The notes under the pieces are model-generated. The model saw only the letters and a list, made by a program, of their open reading frames with translations. It did not search any database and had not been told where the DNA came from. From Octopus sinensis (taxonomy: Eukaryota): a stretch of 64,000 nt of DNA. Where the stretch lies: assembly GCF_006345805.1 (NCBI RefSeq), contig NC_043001.1, positions 106,268,001 to 106,332,000 of the forward strand, in the 5' to 3' direction. Made by a program: the position numbers and the translations under genes. This document shows, one piece after another, positions 12,895-27,402 of this stretch (position 1 is its first letter; each line of letters begins with the position of its first letter).

Positions 12895-13184
12895 TGAGAA
12901 AATGGAGAAATATATCTAAATCAATCATCAACCATCTGATAATACCCAATCAATACTTTATTAAACCATTACGCAATAGCAATGATATTATACATTAATA
13001 TAGTACAAATATAACAAGACATAGAAATAGAAATATGTATTTCTATTTCTATTTCTATGTCTTGTTATATTTGTACTATATTAATGTATAATATCATTGC
13101 TATTGTGTAATGGTTTAATAAAGTATTGATTGGGTATTATCAGATGGTTGATGATTGATTTAGATATATTTCTCCATTTTCTCA
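12895..13184. repeat. Near-perfect palindrome, ~140-bp arms
   Basis: 'tgagaaaatggagaaatatatctaaatc...' pairs with '...gatttagatatatttctccattttctca'; one visible mismatch (tacgcaat vs attgtgta). Confidence 0.95.
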
Positions 13185-13506
13185 TTTTGTATTATTAATT
13201 TACGGTAAAAATAATTTTACCTTTGCCCACATAATACAGTAGATGAATTAATTGCATCGCAATTTTTAACATTTATGTATTAGCTTTGTTGGGTACTTCT
13301 CTAGCAGTATATTGGATATATGTTACCCCATGGAGGGTTGAATTTACAACCCCTATCTCATTTTATATATATATATTTATATATATATATAGTGACGTAT
13401 ATCTGCCATTTGAATATGGCTAACCCCTAAGGGTGGATGCTACTGTAGTTTGTAGCCCCAGGAAGACACCTCCTCCAGCTGGCTATAGACACACTTTCTG
13501 TGCCCT

Positions 13507-13557
<51 letters not shown>

Positions 13558-13659
13558 ATGTATACATACACAAACATACACACATATACATAGATACAAA
13601 CACAGGCACGTTTGTATAGAGTGATCTAGATATATACATATCCATATATGCATCTTTGC

Positions 13660-13713
<54 letters not shown>

Positions 13714-13882
13714 TTGTGTGTGTGTGTGGTGTGTGTGTGTGTGTGTGTGTGTTTGTGTTATACTTTAGAACAAACAATAAAAGGTTGTCGTTATAATCCT
13801 CGGAGTTTCGAATGTCGGAGCAAAGAGCTACGATGCATTCTCGTCGGCTATTGGCAATAGACTATTAATATACATCACCGAC

Positions 13883-14010
13883 GGGAATGCATCGTAGCTT
13901 AGTAGTTAGGGCATTCGACTCACGATTGAAAGGTCGTGAGTTCAATTCCCTTCGACGCGTTTTGTCATTGAGCAAAACACTTTATTTCACGTTGCTCCAG
14001 TTCATTCAGT
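13883..14010 (+). mobile_element. SINE family B head fragment
   Basis: 'agcttagtagttagggcattcgactcacgattgaaaggtcgtgagttcaattccc...ttgagcaaaacactttatttcacgttgctccag'. Confidence 0.7.
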
Positions 14011-14114
14011 ATCTGTGTGTATTTGAGCGTGAGCGCCTGTGTGTATTTGAGTGTGAGCGCCTGTGTGCATGTATGTGTATGTTACAAAAATTAACACAAA
14101 TATATTTGCTAAGT

Positions 14115-14395
14115 GGAGGTGCGTGGCCTAGTTGTTCGAGTATTACACTTACGTCGCCGTAAGATCATGGTTTCTACTCTCAGTCCGGCGGGGCGTTTTA
14201 CTTTTGATCCAGTCACTTCGTTTTAGGTTTTTCTAGAATGTGTATCCCTGCAATGGACTAGGTCACGTTCAGGGGAAACGTAGGCCTGCCCGCCGATGCA
14301 ATGGTGTTGCATCATTCGAAAGATACACTGTTCCTAGGGAATTGTATTGTGACCAGCGGTGTAATAACATCCTATAAACTGGTCGATAAACAGAA
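14115..14395 (+). mobile_element. Degenerate tRNA-derived SINE
   Basis: Head 'ggaggtgcgtggcctagt' resembles family B; the body is diverged. Confidence 0.5.
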
Positions 14396-14879
14396 TATTT
14401 ATCCTTGATTGAACACCGTCAGATCAGAAAAGACGCAATTTTACTTCGATGTTCTTGATGAAAATAGTAACACCCGATCTCTTTATTGACGGTTTAGAGA
14501 TATCTGAATCTCACACAGAATATAATGCGAATCTCACACAGAATATAATGCAGTAGCAACATATCACATTCCAGTTTCCTCATAATTTTCATTTCCATTG
14601 GGCAACCATTTTCTCCGTTAGCTCGCCCCGTCACTACCAAAAACAAAATACCCTTTTACAATACAATATATATTTCCTTCAATCATTTCTCTCCATTTCT
14701 AGACCAATCTATCTTGATTTACAGGATTCTATTTCTATTCTTTCTTTTGTTCTCTTTTTATGTCAAAATATGTAAAGGGAAGAAGAGAAGCTGAGAGGGA
14801 AGAAAGAACGATAACGAGAAAGGTGTACACAACCCACATTAGCACACGCTTATGTTTGTGCGCACGTATGCATGTATTA

Positions 14880-15795
14880 GGTGATCCCATAAATAATGCG
14901 GTTTTTTATACTTCCTTTATTTTTCAAAATTAAGATAAATACAGTTCTTTTTTAATCTAAAATATACTCTTCTTCATTTTCTACAATGCTCTTCCATCTA
15001 TCTGGTAGACGCGCAAGGCCCCTCTACCAAAAGTCACTATTGCGGGACGAAAATTCACTCCCAGTACTGTTCTGACCTCCTCTACAGAGTTCATATTTTT
15101 CCGTCTAAACGATTTTGAAGCCTGCGGAATAAATTAGTAATCAGATAGGGCAATGTCCGGCGAATATGGTTACTGGGGCGTCATTTCTCATTCAAAACTG
15201 CTCCAGCATTTGGAATGTCATCCTCACGGTATGTGGCCGAGCATTATCCTGATAGAAGAACACCTTTCGTCTTGAAACCAGTGATGGTCGTTTTTCTTTT
15301 AGCTCTGACTTCAATAACTGGTTGAATGACCAAATCCAAGCTTTTCTACTAGTTTCTCAACAGTTACGATGGGGTTCTGTTCCTCCAGGGTTTGCAGGAC
15401 GTTCTCGTCGGGTTCTACACATCTTCCAGGACGAGGTTCGTCTTCTAGGCTGTAGTTTCCGACTCAGAATTTCTGGAATCACCTCTCACACTGGCTTACG
15501 CTTATTGTTCGATTTCCATATACTGCATTAATATTCCTCGCACTTTCTGTTGCGTTGTTGCCTTTATTGAACTCATAAAACAAAATATGCCGAATATGCT
15601 CCTTTGTCACCTCCATTATAGCTTTGGAAAAATAAGTGCTGAAATCGAACTGTACTCTTCAAAACTTGCACTAAGAATAAGGACAAGTTAAAATTACTAC
15701 CTGCTTTTATAGCAAGTTGATGCAGGTAGTTTATCCCCTCCCCCTCCACGTTTCGTTCATACAATTGAAAAGACCGCATTATTTATGGGATGACT
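14880..15795 (-). mobile_element. Mariner (Tc1/mariner) element, internally deleted, with TIRs
   Basis: TIRs 'ggtgatcccataaataatgcggt' (14880, preceded by TA) and 'accgcattatttatgggatgact' (to 15795). Minus-strand remnants QDNARPHT, RRLQNRLDG, PDRWKSIVENEEEYILD and an N-terminal HTH (FQKFRVGNYSLEDEPRP). Confidence 0.9.
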
Positions 15796-17524
15796 CAATA
15801 TGTAAGGACGTATGGATGAATGGATGGGTGTTAAGAACTGAATATTATTTGTACATCGCAGGTTCTACTTCTGTTTGTATGTGTGTGCGTGCACGAGCGC
15901 ACACATCTTTGCCTTTGCGCTAGCGCGCCCCTCTATGTGTGAGTTTTTGTATGGTTCGTGCGTGCCTGCGTGTGTGTTTGTGAGCGTAAATATGTTTTCA
16001 CTGCGACAATGTATTTAATTGCAATTATTGAAGAGTTTATTTGTTATATTCTTTCGTTGCTTTGTTATTCCATTTAAGGTTTCTCGAATCGATTTTGTGT
16101 CATTCTTCTCGGTTCAACATGACATCCGTGATCCAGAGAAATTGTTTTAAAGAACTTTTCATTCAAAACGTCAGTGTCGTTTTATTTGAATTCTTGTCAT
16201 CTAAATTCTCTTTAGAAGACCATTTGAAGACGTAACTGTCAATTATAAATTCTATGGAAGAACTATACAAATATTCTTCTTCTTTAAAGCCCAAACGGTA
16301 ATCTCGACAACATTCAGCATCACATTAGCTTTCACTCTTTCTCCTTAACTTCTTCCCGTTATCGTCAGTAATTGATTTAAAAGAGATATTTCCTGAATTA
16401 CAAGTCTCTTCCAGACAGTTATCTAAAAGAAGGGATGAAGAATTAAATTTCATGATACTGTAAAACTAGTATATGGAGATTGTTGCTTTATCACATCCTA
16501 CATGTTAACTATTATGAAAGAGAAGAAAAAGTTAAACTCCATGCACACATGCACACAAAAATCTTTTACACTCTACGCCGTCTCTCTCTCTCTCTCGCTG
16601 TCATACATATGCAATAAAACAATGAACGATATAATACGGTATTTATGGAATCGTTCAATTTCGTTTGTTTTTGATATAACGACATAAATTGAGACTAATA
16701 ACGTTGTCAAATTTATCAGAGTGTTCAATTTCATTGATTTGATCTCTGATAATCTTAGTCATTAAACCATATTGTATGGCTTAACAGCCAACTCTAATAC
16801 ACTTCCACTTTTATTTCATTTCTGTATACTCTTCAAGATATGGAATCGCATAATTAACAAAAATATAATGAGCATGCTCCAAATAGAGCCATGTCCTTCT
16901 CAGAATGGTAATATCATTTATGCGAAGATGAAGGAGAGGAGTGAAAGTGTCTGCGCCTACAACTACAACTACAAACATATGCAGTTCAAGGTTTGATAGG
17001 TTTCAACTAACGCTTGCCGTAACGTAGGGGGAGTTATAACAACAAACATGAATGCGTGTGTTTGTCTGAGTGTGTGTGTATGTTGTGCGAGCGCACGTGT
17101 GGGTCGTTTACAATTGTACAAAAATCAAAAACGAAAGGCAAAAGCAGACGAGGGAAAACAAAAACGGTGTATTAGTTTGACGCTCAGAAAAAATGGAAGA
17201 ATCTTTGACGTTTCGATCCCACACTCTTCTGCAGAAATGAATAAGGGGGAAAAAAACATGGTGAAATGAAAAAAGGAGGATACAGACACAGAGATTGATA
17301 GGTATATAGCTATATACCTACACATACAAATATGTAAATGTAATTATATACTTACATGAATGTATGTATGTATGTATATATGTATGTATGTAATTCATAG
17401 ATGGGAATTAGATATTCTCCATATAGAATACACTAAGTAGTACTCAAGACATTTAAACTTGAGTGGGAATAAAAGTATATGTGGGGTAAGCAAGTTAGAC
17501 ACATTAATATATTTATAGTAATAT

Positions 17525-17894
17525 GACGGTGACCATGGTGGAGCACCGCCTTTAGTCGAGCAAATCAACTCCAGGTATTGTTATTTGTAAGCCTAGTACT
17601 TATTCTATCGGTCTCTTTTGCCGAACCGCTAGTTTACGGGGACGTAAACACATCAGCATCAGTTGTCAAGCGATGTTGGGGGGAGACAAACTCAGACAGA
17701 CATACACATGCACACATATACATATATATATATACGACGGGCTTCTTTCAGTTTCCGTCTACTAAATCCACTCACAAGGCCTTGGTCGGCCTGGGGCTAT
17801 AGTAGAAATCTTATACGCGATGTGCTTCGCAGTAAGACTGAACCCGGAACCATGTAGTTTGTAAGCAAGCTACTTACCACATCCACTCCTGCGC
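17525..17894 (-). mobile_element. tRNA-derived SINE (family C), full length
   Basis: Reverse complement matches 31561-31988 (head 'cgcaggagtggatgtggtaagtagcttgc', tail 'aaaggcggtgctccaccatgg'). Confidence 0.85.
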
Positions 17895-18198
17895 GTATAT
17901 ATTTTTAAATTAGATACATTAATATATATATATATATAAATATATATATATATTTATATAATATATATTATATATATATATATATATTATGTGAAATAGA
18001 GAGATGAATAATCTTGTAGTAGATTAATCAAAAGTTTAACCGATACTTAGTAGCAAAAATCACAGCAGTGAACAGCACGGTTGGATGTACAACCATCTGG
18101 CGTTGCAACCGTGCGTTGGTGCGGATAATTGAAATTAAAACATTATTGGTGAATTGAAGAAATGGAGCTGAACGCAGATTGAACAGAAATCGTTTTAT

Positions 18199-18285
18199 TT
18201 CATTCTACACGTGTTTCGAAAGGCACAAATTACCAAAATCCGATTGAATAATGGGACCATATTGTGTCTTTCTCTTCAGGAAGAA
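18199..18285 (-). ncRNA. Type I hammerhead ribozyme in the PLE 3' region (copy 1)
   Basis: Minus strand: ttcttc-CTGAAGA-gaaag acacaa...ttgtgc ctttc-GAAAC-acgt-GTA-gaatgaa. Helix III region is the palindrome ACACGTGT. Confidence 0.85.
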
Positions 18286-18898
18286 AAAGGAAATCCGTGT
18301 GAAAAAACAAAAACAGAACAGAGGCAGAGCAAAAAACAAATCGAACTGTGCTCCTAAGAGCCCATGGCGAAACTGTTTATCAGTGTATGTTGAGAACCGG
18401 TGGCTGAAGAATTCAACAGGTCAGGCATCGGTCAAACATGTGGGTGAGGGTGTATAGATGTTCTTTGTGACCGAGAATAAAGTTCTGACTATTTAAAGAA
18501 TATTGGATGTTTTATAAGGGGCGAGAAAAAATCTACTTAGAGACGTGTGTGTGTGTATACTGTTCTATATTGTGTGTGGGGTTGGGTAGGGGTAGAAAAC
18601 ATTTTTTGTGTACGTGTGTGCGTTTGATCGTTCGGCTGTCAGTGGCTACTGCCGTGATAACCGTTGGGTGGCAGAAAAGAAAAAAAATAAAGAAATATAT
18701 ATATATATATTTTTTTTATGTGGGTGTGTGTGTTCATCTAAGCCTACCTTGACAAGGAAAACCCCCGCTGTGAAAAAAACAAGCCCCGTTTGTCTTACAG
18801 GAGTAATTCCCTTGCAGTGGCTAATTGTAGATATCTTAAAATATATTCAGAATTTGTTACCAAGGGCTATGGGTGCCGGTCTTATTTATAAACGCTAT

Positions 18899-21563
18899 TT
18901 AAAGCCAGATAAGTGTAACGCCGCCAATGGGGCATCGAAAGCCGACTGTAAGAGCCCGTTTACCATCCGGCCTCTGGCAAACAAAATATGAAGAGTTCGG
19001 AGACACAAAGGTTGCACTGTCTTCTGCCCCTATCAAATGGGAGGGCCACCGACAAAATTGACCATTCCAGCCTATAGCTAAGTTCGCATCCTTCAGTCGC
19101 CATATTAGCTTACTGAGTCCCGTGGTCTGGCGCTTGTTCACGTCCCGAAAAGTTGCGTAATGGTTGGAGACACGCAAAGACAATCTTGAGGATGATGCCC
19201 CTATATAAGTGAAGGCATCTGAGTCCGTGTAAACCTTGCATTGGTAGACGGCGTTTTTGATCTTGGAGTTCGCCGACGTGAATCTTACTCTGCTAGGATT
19301 GGTTTTCTGAAATTAGAACTGCGTTCCTGTCACTATATTCGTTCCGAGACCTGCAGCCGCTTACTACTCTATTTTCCACTACGTCACTATTAACTATAGG
19401 AATAACCCCTGATTCTCCACTATCTATCAGAGTGCTGTCATTGCTACTGCCCGTGGTACTGCTATTGCGGGAAATGATGCTGGGGATGCTAAAGGGGCTC
19501 TCTACCCTACTCCCATTGTTACCATCAACCACAACCCCTATTTATAACTATACCCCTAGTGGGTACTCCCTGGCTGGAGCTGAGATTATGTGTCACTGTA
19601 CTGGCTCTCATATCATTATTACTACTATAATTATTCCTACTGAGCATTAAACGGGAGCGGAAGAGGCTGTGCCTCCGGAAAAAGGTGATAGGGTCTTAGT
19701 AAGTAGCCTATTATTATGGGAGGCGATTATCTGGGCGAGGTTTTTAGTGTTGGAGAAAGCTATCCTAACTTTATGTGAGTTAACCGTGGAGTAATATTTG
19801 GAATTTCTGGGGAAGTTATTGGCGATGGCTTGTCTAAACATGAGGGGGAGGTTAGTTCTAATCTGCTTACCAAAGGGGATTACAAACCATATATGCTTAT
19901 CCTATCAGTGTGATGGGTCGGGACGCCAGCTCTCGCATTGGGTGGGTGGTCTCGGATGAATAACGGGTTTGGGTTAGTGTAAGACCTCCCGGACCGATAA
20001 TTATCCTTGTTCGCTAAATTAAATGCGGGAGCGACTACCCCGGTATCCGCCGCGCTCCCGTCCTTACTTAAAATGTAATGTTATTATATACGGCCCTATC
20101 CTGATGACCGAATGATGGCATCGGAAGGGCCGGATCAATATAAATTACCTTCTGCCTATAACCGGCCTTGGATAGTGCGGCGTTATAAAAATCCGCTTTC
20201 TGCATAAAAATATCGGCACTGGCGGACAGGCCAGACAATCTAAGAGAGATGTTTTTAACCAAATTGTCTGTTACGGTTTTGGCATGATTTGAGAAGACAC
20301 TGACATACTTCAAATTAGTGGAAGGCTTATGGTAAGGGCAGTATGAGTCGCTATTAAGGTTAAGTGTAACGTCTAGGAAATTAGCCTTGGTGAGTTCGTT
20401 ATCAAAAACTATACTCATGCCCATTCTATTAAAAAACCTAGCTAACCTGCTCTTAGTTTTCTGCACTATTCTGTTCGTGGTGTTTTGCAGGTAAAACAGA
20501 CAATCGTCACGATACAGGCCGCCCGCGATCTCCGGGAATTGATCGGACAATTCGTAGAGAATATATATTCCGACCAAATCGGCTATCTGCGCACTATCCG
20601 AACTACCCATAGGCACATCAAATTCATTGGGAGTATCCTACGGATCCACAGCTTATTATCAAATAATAAACGATTTCCTGGCAACTAAAATGATATCTAT
20701 CTCTTCTCTGGTGAGGCCTGCCTTGTTTGTGAGCATGCCAGAGGGCCTTATTTAGCACACAGGGTTAATCGAGGGGTAGAAGCTGGCGATATCAAACTGA
20801 ATGAACCTAGTACGGTTCTTATTGGGGATGGAAGAGAACCACTTCACTACCTGCGAGGAGTTGGCCCAGAGGCTGAGCTTCAGCTTGTTTACTAAACTAG
20901 GGATATATTTATCTAAAATGTACTTACTGATTATCCCGATATCAGATCTAGCAGGGCATATGAGTCTTAGCGCTGGGTTGGTGTGGAAGTTAGGTTTATG
21001 GTCCTTCACTATAAATCTGGGTTGCTTGGGGCTAGCGGCGCTGAGTTCTCATTTGAATTCGGTGTTTAAATATTATATCCTTAATTTCCAAGTTTACCTC
21101 CTCAGGGTACTCCAATGGTTTTTCTATAATTTTTCTTGATCTCTTTACCGAGTAAATCTAGGTACTGCTTAATGGGCATCTTTATGTGTTCCTGGTCTTG
21201 TCGGACTGGACCAGGACTCCGTCCGTTCTATTAATGTCCTTGGTAATTTTATCTAGGTATCTGAGGTGGGCATTTCTCCTGGGTGACTTCCTGAACTTAA
21301 TCTTTCTAACTATGTCCCACAAGTCGTCCTCAACTTCTTCAGTCTTGGGTTCGGTGGCGGCGTATCCAATGTTTTAAAAAGCCGGCCGTATCGGACGATG
21401 CAGTTGTCCGGTTCGATTTTAGATCTTCGTTCTCGTGGAAGAAAATGAGCCATCTTATCCGGTTTATGAATGCGTTGGTTTTACAAACCAACTCCTTAAG
21501 GAAGGCATCCTTTGGTGGTATAGGAATATCCTTAAGGGACGCATCAATCTCGAACAACTCCAT
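18899..21563 (-). pseudogene. PLE polyprotein (N-terminal region, RT, linker, GIY-YIG endonuclease), frameshifted as assembled
   Basis: ORF pieces 21339-21563 (MELFEIDASLKDIPIP...), 20752-21009, 20068-20616 (YRDD), 19647-19841, 19293-19532 and 18899-19183 are collinear on the minus strand. Confidence 0.88.
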
Positions 21564-21755
21564 TATTGGCGTCGGTTAAAGTAGCAGTTTCTTGACGAAG
21601 CGGTATGTATTATGTGAAATAGAGAGATGAATAATCTTGTAGTAGATTAATCAAAAGTTTAACCGATACCTTAGTAGCAAAAATCACAGCAGTGAACAGC
21701 ACGGTTGGATGTACAACCATCTGGCGTTGCAACCGTGCGTTGGTGCGGATAATTG

Positions 21756-24795
<3,040 letters not shown>

Positions 24796-26869
24796 ATCTA
24801 TATATTGCCTGTTGTTTTAAAGTTGAATATATACCTTTATTTATATATAATTAGATATGCAGCAAGAGGCTATAGCGTGAATAGAGAAAGGTAACTTATC
24901 TAATGTGTTTTGTTTCGCTTTTTTTCCGTTCAATCCATAAATTAGTTGACTAGACCTATGTGTTATTTGTGCCATGGGCATGTGTCACGATTTCACGCGA
25001 ATATACATGTATACAAAAAAGGTTGTTATTGTTTTTATTCGAGCGATTCTTAACGTAACTTAGCGTTTATGACTATTAAGCAGGGATAGAAGTATTGTGC
25101 CTTCTTCACCTTCTTCCTCGCTATCAGCTCAACCGAATACGTGGCCACCGTCACCGCAACATCGCTTACTTCACTTAAGAGATGCTAAATACACCTGAAA
25201 TGCTTCCGTTATAAAAGAGACAATTTAATTGGTTCACTCGTTTTACTGTTTTAATGGGAAGAGTCACTTTATTCCACGCGAGTTAATTCAGGTTACAAGT
25301 CACATTTAATGACTCACCTGAGATTAACCCGAAATGCAATCGGCTGTCCTCGTGCATGTTTCTTTTTGAAGAGGGAACTCTGAGAATGTAACTATTTCTG
25401 AGAAAGTAACTATTCCACTTCAAATTGAATATCTGGAACATCAAATAGACATTTATCTTGTCTATGTGGATTTTCTTACACAGGGAAATAACCTCAGCGC
25501 AGTATGTTAACCGTAGGTATTTGTAAATCACTACGGCATATTTTTTCTTGCAGAGACGGTAGTGTATCGATGATGTCGTTCATACAAAACGATCTCTATA
25601 CTTACTGCTTTAATAATGACAAGATCTATAATGTAAGTTATTTGTTGCAAACATCGTAAAAAAAATGACTTATCTGTTTGTTGCAAAAATACATTGTTAT
25701 TTAGAAAATGGTTTACACCACCCCCATGCACCTAACAAATTGTATTACACTTTGGGTTAATTTATCCGTAAGAATTTATCCGTAGATTGCTTACATCATT
25801 TTACAGTGGTGCGTTCCATGTTTTTCATAACTTTCATAGAATTCTTTCTAAAAGACGATAATATAATAAATGATATACAATATTATCATTGTTCCTGTCT
25901 GTCACTTTTTTTTTTCATTATTCCAGCGTCGTTCGAAATACACTATTTTGAAATAGCATTTACAAGGACTGTGAAGCCTTGTCGCTATATTTGATACGAG
26001 TCTTATGAAATTAGCTTTCTTTCGATTAAGTGATATCCTCAAATCTCCGCTGTGTTCTAAAGTTCATAAGGTGAATTATGAATATAATCCCTTCACCGAA
26101 CGCGACATTTCTCGCTCGATTTTATGTATGTATGAATGTATGTGTAGATGCATGTATGTATATAATTATGCGTGTCTCGCTGTCTGTATGCTTTATCTGA
26201 TTATGTATGTATATGTATATATAACTACACTGCACAAACGCGGATGCACCCACACAGCAGCACAAATAAGAAGAGAGAAAAAGAATTCAGGTACTGTTAC
26301 GTAAGGGAATAGGAACATAGAAACAGTATTCATGTTGACTTGCTGCCTCAAACTGAAACTTGGAACTTCAACTAAAAGCAAGGATGCTATAGTTGCCGAA
26401 TAATGAATTGGTTTGAGATAGTCTTTCAGTTGAGCAGATTCGTGGATAACAGAATGATAGTATAAACAGGCAAACAACTGGTATCAGCTTAGCTTATGAC
26501 GTCTATATATCTAAACATGAGGGTTGCATTACATGATGCGAATATAGTGTATTATAGCTCTTTCAAGATGGCACACGTCCCTACGATCGATTCCCTACCT
26601 TGTAGTAACGATCAATTCCATCATTCTCCCTCTCTGGATGGATTTGTTCGCTGTGTTAAAGTTGGATGCTTATTGCTTTCAGGGAAATGAACCATCAGCT
26701 AATCTATTCTTGATACGACTATGACAGGCTCTTTGCAAATCTTATTCCTTTTCCTTCCTCCATCCTCTTGTTACAACTCAAACATACCTGATACCTTTAT
26801 TATACTTTTATACCATTATATATATATATATATATATACAGGGTTTGAGTTTGAGAATTTGATAGGTTT

Positions 26870-27364
26870 TGGCCAATATTGGCCCAGGCCATGTCTAACT
26901 TAACAGCACCAGCAGGCAAAGTCATTCAGATCAGGAATCGGACAACATGGCTCACTCGAGGAGAGAGTTATTGTTTATGGTGACGTATCCCGGTCTAGGT
27001 TCATTCGGGATTTTAAGAAGGAATTTTTCCCAAGACTTCTGTTTCTGCTTTAATGTGTTTTGGTGTAATGTTAAAGAGAGCGGGCCAATTGAGGTGAAAA
27101 AATTGTGCTACATTGTTTTCATGTCATGCGATGTATGATTTATGTCGTGGGAGCTTAGCACGGGGCCAAGTCTTAGGCTTATCTTGAAGGCAATGCCAAC
27201 ATCATTTGGGCAATACTGTTGGAATATTTTCCACATCATGATGATGATGTAGCACTCACAGCGGCGTTGGAGAGAATAAAGTTTGAGCTTTTCTAGTCGG
27301 TCTCAACAGTCAAGGCCTGTCATGCCATCTATCTCTTTTGTAATTGACCTTTGAGGTGTTTCAA

Positions 27365-27366
<2 letters not shown>
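26870..27366 (-). mobile_element. CR1-type LINE, 3' fragment of ORF2
   Basis: Minus-strand translation IETPQRSITKEIDGMTGLDC*DRLEKLKLYSLQRRCECYIIIMMWKI and LLKIPNEPRPGY match the CR1-clade RT C-terminus. Confidence 0.75.

Positions 27367-27401
<35 letters not shown>

Positions 27402-27402
<1 letters not shown>

Noticed and set aside
16090-16450. Possible L1/Tx1 ORF2 C-terminal relic on the minus strand (similar hint at 40620-40860)
   Set aside because: Only scattered residue similarity across several stops and frameshifts; too weak to call.
19860-19930. In-frame TGA in the PLE linker, suggesting selenocysteine recoding as reported for some Naiad elements
   Set aside because: It is followed by TAG in that frame, and the second copy's extra base opens a different frame (THHTDRNKHIWF); better explained by an indel. 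No SECIS identified.
26599-26650. Candidate small minus-strand exon (EQIHPERENDGIDRYYK, AG...GT)
   Set aside because: Plausible splice sites but no recognisable homology or partner exons; needs RNA-seq.
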